From: Candidatus Eiseniibacteriota bacterium
Lineage (GTDB): Bacteria > Eisenbacteria > RBG-16-71-46 > CAVPCR01
Reading direction: 5' to 3'
DNA length: 64,000 nucleotides
Assembly: GCA_963702435.1 (NCBI GenBank)
Contig: CAVPCR010000005.1
Coordinates: forward strand, 352,001-416,000
Made by a program: the position numbers and the translations under genes
Notes under the pieces: model-generated
What the model was told of the DNA's origin: nothing
The model's input: the letters and a program-made list of their open reading frames with translations, nothing else
The model's database searches: none
In this document: positions 24,612-35,110 of the stretch, piece after piece
Layout of the letters: every line of letters begins with the position of its first letter
Position numbering within the stretch: the first letter of the stretch is position 1

Positions 24612-27286
24612 CTACTTGATCAATGCCATCTTCTGCGACGCCAGGTAACCGTCGGCCTCCAGCCGGAGGAAGTAGGTGCCAGAGCCGGCGGGGCGCCCGT
24701 GGTCGTCCCGGCCGTCCCAGACTAGCTTGTGCTCGCCGGCCGGGAACTCCCCGCGCGCGAGCACCGCTACCTCACGCCCCGCCACGTCGTGCACGGTGAC
24801 CTGAACCCGGCCCGCTCGCTCGACATTGAAGCGGACCGTCGTCGCCGGGTTGAACGGATTCGGGACGTTCTGGTGCAGGAGGGCGCGCCCGGGCAGGACG
24901 CCCTCCGCCGCGACCGCCGTCTGATCGAGGCCGAGGACGGTGACGCCGACTCGGTAGGAGTCGAAGTCCGTCGTCGTCACGAAGCGCGCCGAGGCGACGA
25001 AGCTCACGCCATCGGTGCGTGAGAGGATCGCCGCGGTGGCGTCGCCCTGCGGGCCGACGTAGATCGGGAAGGCGACCGGGTCGAGCACCTGACCCGCCGG
25101 GCTCACGCGCGCGCCGTAGATGTCGGTCCGCTCGTCGAAGAAGGCGCCCTGGTTCCGCTGATCGTCCCAGGCGACGACGAAGTTCGTGCCGTCCCAGCCG
25201 ACCACGGGGCGGAGCTGTCGCCCCGGCGCTTCGGCGATCGTGAAGTTCCCCGTGGCGAAGGAACCGTCCGCGTTCATGATGCGACCGGCGATGTAGTTGT
25301 TGGCGTTCGACAGCGTATTGTTGCGCCAGACGAAGAGGTACTTCTGGCCCGAGAACGCCACGTCCGGAGTCCCGGAGCCGCCCCCGGTCTGCGCCGGATT
25401 GGACGCTGGAGTGAACGAGCCGTTGGAGATTCACGAAGTTGTAGATCGCATCGGAGCGGGAGTCATCGTGGCTCCAGTTGCTCTGGTACGTCACGATCCA
25501 GCGCGTGCCGGCGGCGTGGACGCGCGGTCCGACGGAGACGTAGCCGCCGCCGATGAGCGTGGCCGCGTTCTGGAAGCCGCCCGTCGGCCCGTCGACGATG
25601 CGCATCCAGGCGTAGATGAACTGCGGGTAGGTGTCGAAGCGCGCGCAGGCGATGAGGAAGTCCTCGCCGAGCGCCTCGACGTCCGGGCTGAAGCCGGGCA
25701 TGACGGCAAGCGGCGTCTGATCGACGAACGATCCGTCGCCGTTCAGGCGCCGCGCCATGATCTGGGTCGGCGAGAGCCCGCTCGCTCCCTCATCCCAGGT
25801 GACGAGGTAGACCGTTCCACTCCATGCGATCGATGCCTTGCCGATGGTCGGGCCCGCCGCGACCTCGATCGGCTCGCCTGCGAGCGGCACCCCGTCGGGC
25901 CCGAGGAGGTGGAGGAGCACTCGATCATCGTTGGCCGCCTCGCTCACGAAGACGACGGCGATCCGGCCGTCCTGGCCCGCGGCGAAGTCCGGCGTGCGCT
26001 GGCTGCGCGTGCCGGTGGAAACGCAGCGCTCCGCGCCGGGGACGTTGGCGGCGCTCACCGGCAGCGTGAAGACGTTCGTGTCGTAGCCGAGCGCCACCCG
26101 CACGTCGTACCAGAAGACGTGCACGCCGCCGCCGGGCCGCGGCGCCAGCACCGGGTTGTAGGCGGTGTTGATGTTCCCGCCGATCTGGATCGGCAGGAGG
26201 ACGCCGCCGTTCGGATCGAGCACGGTGCCGGCGGCGTTGATGCGCACGGTGCGCAGCCGATCGGAGACTCCCCACTCGAGCCACCAGTTGGTCCCGTCGT
26301 GCGCGAGCGTCGACTGGGTGTACTGCGAGAAGTTCTGGACGATCATCGTGCCGGCCGGCGTGAGGAGCGTGCCGCCGAGCGTCATGCGCGAGCCGACCAG
26401 GTTCACGTAGTCGGCGACCCACACGACATAGTGCTCGCTCCCGTTCGTGGCGAGGGTCAGGCTCGGCACGGTGAACGGCGCCCCGATCGGCTGGGCGTCG
26501 AGGCCGACGCGGACTGCTTTGGAGGCCGAGCTCGTGTTCCAGTCCGGCCCGGCGGCCAGGTACTCCCCGTTCGCAGCGAGGAGCGCCGTTCCGCCGTAGA
26601 TCCAGTCCATGAGCAGACGCGGCGTCGGATCGAGGAGCGCGCCGTCTGCCGTCGATCCGCTGGCCGACGAGCATCGTGCCGTAGCCGGTGTCATGGTAGA
26701 TGCAGCGCGTGACCAGCCACTGCCCGTTCTGTCCGGCGACCTGGCGCCCGATCGTGTTGGGCGTGAACTGGGTCGGTGGAAAGAGTATGGGGGTGGCATC
26801 CAGGACCTGCCCTGCTGAGGACACGCGCACCGCGCGCATCCGATCCTCGAAGTACCCGCCGACCTGGTCCTGGGAGATGTAGACGACAAGCCAGGCCGAC
26901 CCGTTCCAGGCGACGAGCGGGTAGCGCTGGAGTCCCATCCCGCCGGCGACCAGGAAGGGCATCGGGTCGATCGGGTTGCCGGCCGCGTCGAGGCGGATGC
27001 CGAAGATGTCGCCCCCGCTCTGGTTCGTGCCGCCGCCGACCGCCTGGCCGCGGTAGTCCGACCACACGACGAGGTACCGGTCGCCGCCCCTCGCCACGGA
27101 GTGGTCCTGCTGGCTCTGGGTTTCCGGAGCGACCGCAAGATCCCCGGGCAGGAGCCCGCGCTCGAGGATCGGCGGCTGGGCGCGGAGCGCCGCCGGAGCC
27201 GCGAGGAGGAGGAGGACGACGCCGAGCAACACCGCGGCGCGGAGCGTTACGTCGGAACCACGCTGCGTTCTGGTCCGGTGGGTCAT
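24612..27286 (-). CDS. Large secreted repeat (propeller-like) protein with FlgD-like C-terminal domain; indels near 26650 and 25430
   Basis: AAGGAG RBS; signal peptide; repeated P-x-V-x-W-x-G...YLVVW-x-D...IYGARV...G-x-VLDP units; QNVPNPFNP...WDGRD...SGTYF. Confidence 0.8.
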
Positions 27287-27327
27287 GGCACTGACTCCTT
27301 CAGGGTTTGCTAGTCGGCGCGCTGTCT

Positions 27328-29747
27328 TCAACGCACGAGGACCATCCGCGCGGTCGCTTCCCGCTCGGGGGTCGTCACCTTCCAGAAGTAGACGCCGCCC
27401 GCCGCGGCGCGCCCCGCATCGTCCCTACCGTCCCAGCGCACCGTGCCGCGGCCGGCCGCCGCCCTCTCGGCATCGAGCATCCGCCGCACGAGCCGCCCGT
27501 GCACGTCGTAGACGCCGATCTCGACGCGCCCCGCCGAAGCGAGCGTGTAATCGAGCGTCGTCGCATCGCGGAACGGGTTCGGCGCGCTCGGCTCGAGCCG
27601 GAAGGTCGGCGCGCCCGCAGGCGACCTCGACGCTCGACGGGGAGGAATACTGGACCGTGAGGACGGCGATGCCGCGGCTCGCGCAGCTCAGCCACAGCTC
27701 ATAGCCCTGGGGCAGCGTGCGCACCTGGCAGGCATAGATCTGCGCGTGCGGCAGCCCGCCCCACTGGGGTTCGCCGTTGACCGGGGTCGGGAAGTACCCC
27801 GCGTTCACGCCGTCGAACCAGAGCAGGCCATGGGGCGTCCCGTTCCAGCCGCCCGGATCGAACATCGCGAACCAGACGCGGCCATCGGACGTCACCGCGA
27901 GCGGGCTGGCGCCCACGCAGGAGTAGCCGCCGACCTCCGTGAAGTACTGGTAGGTGCCGTCGTTCGCGTTGAGCTTGAACATCCCCTGCGTGGAGCCGAG
28001 CCAGGCGATGCCGCCGGGACCGGCCGCGACCGTCCCGAAGATGTCGCTCTGCGTGTTCAACTCGGGGAACTGGTTGTAGTCCCGCGAGAACCGATAGGTA
28101 CCGTCGGTGCGGATCACCTCGGCGTAGGTGCTGACCCAGACCGTCCCCGGCCGGTCCGGGTCCTTCTGGATGTTGTTCCCCCAGGTGCCGTTGTTCGGCA
28201 CCGACACCCAGCTCGTCCCGTTGTGGTAACGCAGCTCGAAGTAGTTGCCGAGCGACCAGAGTCGCCCCATCGAGTCCTCGACCAGTCCACGGCTCTCGCT
28301 CATGCCGTTCAGGTTGGTCCAGCTCGCGCCGTTCCACTGGTGGATGCCGCCGTAGGTGGGGTTCACCGCCACGCTGCCGTTCGACGGCCGGAAGCCGACC
28401 GCCTGGCTGTTGTCGGTCGGGAAGGGCCACGACACGCCGAGCCCGTACTGATGGTTGTTGAACCCGATCCAGCGCGTGCCGTCGAACATCGTCATGCCGC
28501 CGAAGCCCGGTCCGGCGTTGGCGCAGGCGTAGACGTGGCCGGTGGCTGGATTGACCGAGAGGTCGTTGTTCCAGCTGTCGTACTGGCTGGTGTTGGTGAT
28601 CCGGTAGCGCTGCCAGACGCCGGTGGCAGGGTTGCGCCGAGCGGCTCCGCCCGTCCCCATCGCCCACACGTTCCCGGCCGCGTCGATCTCGAGGTCGTAG
28701 GTGAAGCCGCCGGGACGCCAGACGCCGAGGTCCTGCCACGACGTGCCATTGAAACGCCAGATCCGCCCGTTGCCGTCGGCGAGGAGCGCTTGCCGGTCGC
28801 CGAAGGCGCGGAACGCCCAGATCGAGGGATTGCCCGGCGCGATGGGCGGCTGCGCGGGGGTGACCCAGGTGCCGTCGGGGCGGCGATAGTCGAGCGAGTA
28901 GACGGCGTTCGAGCCCTCGAAGCGGACGAAGCGCGTCATCCAGAGGTGGCCCGAGTCGTCCACGCTCTCGCGGCCGGGCATGTCGAGCATGCTGCCCGGC
29001 GTGTAGGAGAACTCGTGGAAGGTCCACAGCTGCGTGCCGGAGTCGAAGGAGACGATCGAGGCGCCGTTGTCCGCGTCGCCCCAGACGATGTAGCCGCCGC
29101 CCGGCTTCGGCTGGATCGACACGGAAATGACGCTCCAGACGAGCAGCGGCCAGTTGTTCCCGCCCTGCGGCGGGTTGCCCCCGGTCCAGTAGTGCCAGTC
29201 GTTGGTGCCGGGGGTGTGGCGCACGATCCCGCCACTCGAGCCGCCGAAACCGATCAGCGCGAACCAGATCTTCCCGTCGGGAGAGAAGTCGAAGTCGCGG
29301 CATCCGCCAGTCGGCGATGGCGGGGCTCGACGACGCGAAGTTCACGAGCGAGGAGGGACCGACCGCCGGATCCATCCGCAACACGCTCCGCCAGGTCGAC
29401 ATCCAGAGCCGTCCCTGGGCGTCCTCCTCGATGTCGGTGACGCGCACCGTTCCCTGCAGCTCGGGGTGTCCGATCACCGGGTAGTCGACGTTCGAGACGT
29501 TGACCCAGCGGTTCTCGGCCTGCAGGAAGTGGGCGACGCCCCCCTCTTCGAAGGAGGGATCGTAGCCGCCGATCCACGGATCGCCGTTGCCGTCGATCCA
29601 GATCGCGTCGCAGTAGTCCCCCTGGATCCCCGTGTTTCCCGGGCGGTAGTAACGCCATGTCTCGACGGGCGGCTGACTGCGCGCGACGCCCGCGGCGAGG
29701 AGCGAGACGGCGGCGGCGGCAACCAGCGTCCTCTGGAATTGCTGCAT
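27328..29747 (-). CDS. Secreted beta-propeller protein with FlgD-like C-terminal domain; indels near 29300 and 27600-27400
   Basis: Signal peptide; WRYYRPGNTGIQGDY; repeated D..G..W blades; PNPFR...; ends MVLVR. Confidence 0.8.
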
Positions 29748-30299
29748 GGGAGCCTCCTGGCGGCACGGGCTGGAACGCGACCGGGGGGTCAAGGGCTGGC
29801 TTCGATCGGCGTTCCGTCTTGTCCCACAGTGCCGATGGCCCGGATTCTGATACATGGAAGGTGGGCACAGCGGTGACCGAGCAACCGGCATGCCACCGAT
29901 TGCATGGCGTAAGTCGCCACGGGGTGGAGGCTTACGCCGGCGCCCGCGGCCGGGGCACGGGCTGCGGGCGGGGAGCCGGGGTCGGCTGTCAGGGAGATGG
30001 ACGGGGGCCAGACAGGGTGTCAGTCCGCGGGTGCGATATGGGCGTGAGGCCCGATCGTATCGGCGGCGGCATTGGAGCAGCAGCAGCGGGCTTCCCCTCA
30101 GGCGGCCGCGCCGCGCGCATCGCGACCATCCCAGCGAAGCGCCCGCCGCCCAGCGTCCGCAAGACCCTCGGCGGGCACGGCGCGCTCCCGCCCCGTCACG
30201 TCGCACACGGCGATCAGCACCCGCCCCGCCTCGGCCGCGCGTAGCCGATCTCGCCCGCCACGCCGAACCGGTTCGGCCGTGGCGCATCGAGCGATCCTG

Positions 30300-30587
30300 A
30301 TGGAGAAGCAGCCCGCGCACTGGCAGTGGCTGGTCGAGGTCACCGGCGCAACCGTCTTCACGGTGACGAGCATCACGGAGCGCATGCTCGACCCGTTCGA
30401 GCGCCGGGACGTGACGTATCGGGTCGGCGTTCCGGCGGGAACTGCGGGCCCGCTCGCAGTGGCGGCGCGTCTCCGGTTCCGGCCCTTCGCTCCGGCCACG
30501 GTCCGGAGCGCCGGCCACCCGGAGCTCGTGCCGCGGATCCCCATCTTCGACATGGCGACCGCATCCGCCGCCGTGACCGTGCGGTAG
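30300..30587 (+). pseudogene. Orphan C-terminal fragment resembling the tail of multiheme cytochrome c proteins
   Basis: LDPFERRDVTYRV...GPLAVAARLRFRPFAP; no upstream CxxCH region. Confidence 0.35.
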
Positions 30588-30891
30588 CCCACCCTGCGCG
30601 CGCGCAGGGCGTCGAGACGGAAGCTGCGCGCCCCGGCGAGCCTCGCCAGCGCCGTCAGCCGAGCCAGGTGCGGCACTGCCCTTCGGCCAGGCTCCCTGGT
30701 TGACCGCGCCCCCCTCCTGTGCGACCGTCTCTGTCACGGCGGCACCGGCGCCAAACCCCGATGGGTCCTCCCCCGCAGGATCCCTCGACCGGGGCAAAGG
30801 GGAGAGCACTCCTCCGGCGGGTCTGTCGCGTGATCTTCGCTGCGCAGCCGAGGGCGGGGGCCGAGGTGGCGTCGTGCGAGGAGAACGAATC

Positions 30892-31857
30892 ATGACGGAC
30901 CACAAGGATCTCAAGCGGATCATCCGCGAGCGCCAGCGGAAGACCAGCGAGTCGTACACGACTGCGCGTACCCACGTGATGCGCCACCGCGCTGCGCTGC
31001 TCGGCCGCGTCGATGCCTCTCCAACCGCCGCAGACGCAGTGCGTGTCGAGGCGGTCATCCTCAAGGTGAACGAGCAATCGGCGCGCGTTCGCGTCCTCAA
31101 CCAGGACGGCCAGATCACATTCCGCTGTCGCGACGTCTGGCGCGTGGTTCCGGGACACCTCGTGACGCTCGTCGTCGAACGGCGCTGGACGTGGCGCGGC
31201 GATGCATACGCAAGCGGCAAGATCGAGGCCCCGCGCATCGACATCGCGAAGCTCGGGCTCGAGCCGCTGGCCCTCACGGGTGGCGAGCTGGAGGACGCCG
31301 CCGTCCACGTGGAACCGTACGCACCTCCTGACCCATACGCCCCGCTGTGGAGGGAGCTCACGGCCAAGCCGCGTCCGTCCTTCGAGTTCGACGGCATCGC
31401 CTGGGGTGCTTTCCCCGGAATGGACATCGAGGAAAACCTCACCCGCGAAGCGGCAGAGCTCGCCGAGGCCGGCGATGACCTGGACGCCGCGGATCTCCTC
31501 ATGGAGGCCCTGGGCCGGGATCTCCGCTGCATCGATGCGCACGCCCACCTGGGCAACCTGGCGTTCGATCGGTGGCCTGAACGGGCGATGGTCCACTACG
31601 AGATCGGGATCCGCATCGCGGAGCTGTCGCTGCCCACAGGCTTTGACGGACTGCTCGAATGGGGGCACGTCTTCAATCGGCCGTTCCTGCGCTGTCTCCA
31701 CGGCTTCGGGCTGTGTCTATGGAGGCTGGACCGAACGGCGGAGGCGCGTCAGGTGTTCGAACGCATCCTCTCACTCAGCCCGAATGACAACCAGGGCGTG
31801 CGGTTCTGCTGGAACGACGTGCGCAGCGGGCGAAGCTGGGCGGAGATGGTGGAATGA
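30892..31857 (+). CDS. Hypothetical protein with C-terminal TPR region
   Basis: GAGGAG RBS; IDAHAHLGN, WGHVFNRPFLR, LSPNDNQGVR. Confidence 0.75.
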   Translation: MTDHKDLKRIIRERQRKTSESYTTARTHVMRHRAALLGRVDASPTAADAVRVEAVILKVNEQSARVRVLNQDGQITFRCRDVWRVVPGHLVTLVVERRWTWRGDAYASGKIEAPRIDIAKLGLEPLALTGGELEDAAVHVEPYAPPDPYAPLWRELTAKPRPSFEFDGIAWGAFPGMDIEENLTREAAELAEAGDDLDAADLLMEALGRDLRCIDAHAHLGNLAFDRWPERAMVHYEIGIRIAELSLPTGFDGLLEWGHVFNRPFLRCLHGFGLCLWRLDRTAEARQVFERILSLSPNDNQGVRFCWNDVRSGRSWAEMVE

Positions 31858-32303
31858 GGGAACCGATCCTCCTGCGCGATCCCAAGCTTCGTCTTGTGGT
31901 CGAGCGTCTGGTCCAGGCCTACCAGCCGGAGCGCATCTATCTCTTTGGCTCCATCGCACGCGGCGACGCGGACTCGGACAGCGACTATGACCTCATGGTC
32001 ATCGCCCCGGACGGGGCCCCACCTGAACATCGTGGAAGTCGCTTGGCCTACCAGGCGCTGCGTGGAGCTGGTACCGCCGCGGATGTTGTCGTGTGGACGC
32101 GCAGCAGCTTCGAGCGGAGGACCCGGGTTGCTGCGTCGCTGCCGGCCACGGTCTTGCGCGAGGGTAGGCTGGTCTATGCCGTATGGTCCGGAGCTGATCG
32201 CCGAGACGCGGGGTTGGCTTGTCCGGGCTCAGCGCGATCAGGCCGCCGGGGCTCACGGCGGAGGATGAGCCCGTGGGTCGGCGATGTGGGGACTCTTCTG
32301 TGA
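31854..32303 (+). CDS. MNT minimal nucleotidyltransferase, copy 1 (stop apparently lost, TGA to TGG)
   Basis: IYLFGSIARGDADSDSDYDL; close paralog of 33132-33464, which stops at the equivalent codon. Confidence 0.8.
   Translation: MREPILLRDPKLRLVVERLVQAYQPERIYLFGSIARGDADSDSDYDLMVIAPDGAPPEHRGSRLAYQALRGAGTAADVVVWTRSSFERRTRVAASLPATVLREGRLVYAVWSGADRRDAGLACPGSARSGRRGSRRRMSPWVGDVGTLL
32176..32268 (+). pseudogene. Truncated HEPN gene (first ~30 codons)
   Basis: MPYGPELIAETRGWLVRAQRD matches the start of the HEPN gene at 33454. Confidence 0.75.
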
Positions 32304-32314
32304 GCGGCAGACGC

Positions 32315-32923
32315 ATGGGCAAGGTCCTCCTCCGACTCAGCCCCGCCGAGAGCGCCTTCGTCCTGCGTTCCCTCCTCAAGCACCATCCGGATCTCGTGGC
32401 CGAGGCCGAGGAGGTTGCCACGGCGCTGGTGACGCATGTCGATGCGGATGCCGTAGCGGAGAATGTAGAGAAGGCCGTCCTGGATCTGGACATCCTCGAC
32501 CTCGACGGGCGCGCCGGGCGCCAGAGCTGGGGCTACGTCGAGCCCTCCGAAGCAGCCTGGGAGACCCTCGGCGAGGCGATCGATCCGTTCGTCGACGGGA
32601 TGAGGCGGTGCATCGAACTCGGGTTCCATGCACCGGCAACGGCGATTTGCGCCGGGGTCGTTTGCGGTCTCTACCGTTGCCGCGGCCGGGGCTCCGACCG
32701 GCTTCTCGGCTGGGCCGAGGACTTTCCTGAGGAGACCGCCGCGCAGGCCGTGGCGACCCTGGCGGAAGAGAGCGCCGCGAAGCACAGGCGCGTTTGGCGG
32801 CTCCCCGCCGAGGTCGTCGGCCGCGTTCCGGAGTGGGAGGAGATGATTGGCCGCTGTTCGACCCCGGCCTCCAGACGGCGCCGACGGCGTCTCGAACCCT
32901 CTTCGCGCCGCCGAAAGGCGTGA
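32315..32923 (+). CDS. Hypothetical protein
   Basis: Acidic helical ORF with RAGRQSWGYVEPSEAAWE motif. Confidence 0.65.
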   Translation: MGKVLLRLSPAESAFVLRSLLKHHPDLVAEAEEVATALVTHVDADAVAENVEKAVLDLDILDLDGRAGRQSWGYVEPSEAAWETLGEAIDPFVDGMRRCIELGFHAPATAICAGVVCGLYRCRGRGSDRLLGWAEDFPEETAAQAVATLAEESAAKHRRVWRLPAEVVGRVPEWEEMIGRCSTPASRRRRRRLEPSSRRRKA

Positions 32924-32958
32924 CTCCCCCGGTTCCACTTCGATTGCGCATCAGGGCG

Positions 32959-33021
32959 CAATCAGCTATAGAATCCGCACTTGGAGGGGTGCCGGAGAGG
33001 TCGAACGGGGCGGTCTGGAAA
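32959..33021 (+). repeat. Direct repeat of tRNA-Ser promoter plus 5' half (att-like), ending in the anticodon loop
   Basis: tatagaatccgcacttggaggggtgccggagaggtcgaacggggcggtct identical to 34690-34739; anticodon GGA versus CGA. Confidence 0.9.
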
Positions 33022-33131
33022 GAAGTTAGCCCAAGGCCGCCGCCACGATCGAGAAGACGTTGGATTCCGAAGACCGAGAACTCGGATCCCACGACGTCGG
33101 ATCTCCCGAGGTACGAAAGAGCGGGGCTCAG

Positions 33132-33464
33132 ATGAGGGAACGGATCCTCGAACACGACCCCAGGCTCCGTCTTGTGGTCGAGCGGCTGGTCGAAACCTAC
33201 CAGCCGGACCGCATCTACCTCTTTGGTTCCGTCGCCCGCGGGGACGCGGGCTCGGACAGCGACTACGACCTCATGGTCATCGTCCCGGACGACGCGCTGC
33301 CTGAGCGCCGCGACAGCCGTTTGGCCTACCAAGCGCTGCGAGGAACCGGTATCGCAGCCGATGTTGTCGTATGGACTCGTCGTCGGTTCGAGCGGCGGAC
33401 TCACGTCGTTGCGTCATTGCCAGCCACGGTCATGCGCGAAGGCAAGCTTGTCCATGCCGCATGA
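33132..33464 (+). CDS. MNT nucleotidyltransferase antitoxin, copy 2
   Basis: IYLFGSVARGDAGSDSDYDL (GS-x10-DxD), EGKLVHAA end. Confidence 0.9.
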   Translation: MRERILEHDPRLRLVVERLVETYQPDRIYLFGSVARGDAGSDSDYDLMVIVPDDALPERRDSRLAYQALRGTGIAADVVVWTRRRFERRTHVVASLPATVMREGKLVHAA

Positions 33465-33866
33465 TCCAGAGCTCGTCGCCGAGACGCGGGCGTGGCTAGT
33501 CAGGGCTGAGCGCGACCTGGCCGCAGCGGCCCACGAGCTCACGGCGGAGCCACCATTCGTCGAAGACATCGTGTTCCACGCCCAGCAGGCCGCCGAGAAG
33601 ACACTCAAGGCGTTCCTCACTTGGCATGGGATGGGTTTCGGAAGACCCACAGCCTCGAAGAGCTCGGCGAGCAGTGCATCGGGATCGACTCCGATCTGAA
33701 AGCGACCGTCGACCTTGCCGTTCCCTTGACGGCCTACGCGTGGATGTTCCGCTACCCGGGAGAGCCGGAAGCACCGACTCGCGAAGAGGCAGAGGGAGCG
33801 CTGGCGACGGCCCGCGAAGTGTTCGAAACGGTCCTCGCGCGCCTGCCTGAGGAGGTGCGGCCATGA
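33454..33866 (+). CDS. HEPN domain protein (frameshift near 33630)
   Basis: WLVRAERDL, FHAQQAAEKTLKA, KTHSL, RYP; overlaps MNT stop. Confidence 0.85.
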
Positions 33867-34032
33867 CCACTCCTCGGGTCTTCCGAAGTGGAGGAAGCTG
33901 TTCCGGTAGGGCTCCGGCGGGGACGCCTGGACGGGCAGTCGTTCCCGCTCGTCGCTCTCACGCTCCCCACGCCAGCTCATGACGGAGCGGAGTGCATCGA
34001 GGCCTGCCGCGGGCAGCTCGACGAAGAAGCCC

Positions 34033-34368
34033 ATGATCAAGCGGAAGCCCTCGCAGAATCTGCAGGATTGGATCGCGGCCCGGAAACGCTTCCAGCTTTC
34101 GCACGCCCACGTACAGATGGCGCGGGAGCTCGGGATGAACCCAAGGAAACTCGGAAAGCTCGACAACCACGAGCAAGAGCCCTGGAAGGCACCGCTGCCG
34201 CAGTTCATCGAGCACCTCTACGTCAAGAGGTTTGGCAAGGAGCGTCCAGAAGTCGTGATGTCGGTCGAAGAACAGGCGCTGGCCAAGGAGGCCGCGCAAG
34301 CGGCGCGGAAGGCGGAAAGACGCCGTGCTCGCGCGGCGGGTCATGGGGCCGCTCAAAAAGAAACGTGA
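34033..34368 (+). CDS. Small basic hypothetical protein
   Basis: WIAARKRFQLS...MARELGMNPRKL...EPWKAPLPQFIEHLY. Confidence 0.65.
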   Translation: MIKRKPSQNLQDWIAARKRFQLSHAHVQMARELGMNPRKLGKLDNHEQEPWKAPLPQFIEHLYVKRFGKERPEVVMSVEEQALAKEAAQAARKAERRRARAAGHGAAQKET

Positions 34369-34705
34369 TGAAGGGCACCCCAGCCCGCCGCGCGACGAAG
34401 ACGGAGCCGCTCGGGCAGGAGATCGAGGCCGCCCGAGTGGAGGAGGTGCTGGCCAATCTCTCCCGCACCGCACCCGGTCGGGCGGTTGAGTTCTGCGGAG
34501 GAGATGCGAGCGCCGGAGCACGTGGGGCGCGCCGCGACGCATCATGAACATCCCCCGGTGCTCCACGAGCGAAGGTGCCGGAGTGGTTGGGGGCGTCTCG
34601 ACGGAGCGCACCTGGCCGAACTCGAGGACCGTCGGCGACGACCTCCCCACTCCGGGAATCCGGGAGTTGTCCCAAGGCACCCAATCGGTTATAGAATCCG
34701 CACTT

Positions 34706-34795
34706 GGAGGGGTGCCGGAGAGGTCGAACGGGGCGGTCTCGAAAACCGTTGTCCGCGCAAGTGGACCGTGGGTTCGAATCCCACCCCCTCCGCCA
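34706..34795 (+). tRNA. tRNA-Ser(CGA)
   Basis: GGAGGGG/CCCCTCC acceptor stem, anticodon loop CTCGAAA, long variable arm, GGTTCGAATCC, G73-CCA. Confidence 0.95.
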
Positions 34796-34837
34796 GGTTT
34801 GGCCGGGAGGGCAGTGCCCGCCGCCGTGGTTGCTTCC

Positions 34838-34866
34838 TTGACACGACCGGCGGCGTCGAGTAGGGT
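34838..34866 (+). promoter_or_regulatory. Sigma70 promoter of tRNA-fMet
   Basis: TTGACA-N17-TAGGGT. Confidence 0.65.
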
Positions 34867-34886
34867 CCTCTTCCGGTTTGATTTGT

Positions 34887-34963
<77 letters not shown>

Positions 34964-34986
34964 ACATTCAGCAGGGGTTACGCGGG

Positions 34987-35015
34987 AAGGGGCGGCCACT
35001 CGGCCGCCCCTTTTC
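34987..35015 (+). terminator. Intrinsic terminator after the tRNAs (possibly bidirectional)
   Basis: aaggggcggcc-actc-ggccgccccttttc hairpin. Confidence 0.75.
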
Positions 35016-35110
35016 GTTGAGACTGTGCGGGGGTTCTGTCCCGGGGGAAGTAATCCAGCGAGTCTCGGCGCCCCGCCCCGGTGGCGGATCCCGCTGCAGA
35101 GAGCTTCCGG

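Noticed and set aside
29906..29938. ggcgtaag...cttacgcc inverted repeat as element end
   Set aside because: Single copy in the window with no partner or target duplication
27699..31556. Very long alternative ORFs (e.g. 1285, 1133, 1261, 912 aa) as giant or overlapping genes
   Set aside because: Mostly R/A/G/P-rich shadow frames expected at this GC content; parts are pieces of frameshifted real genes
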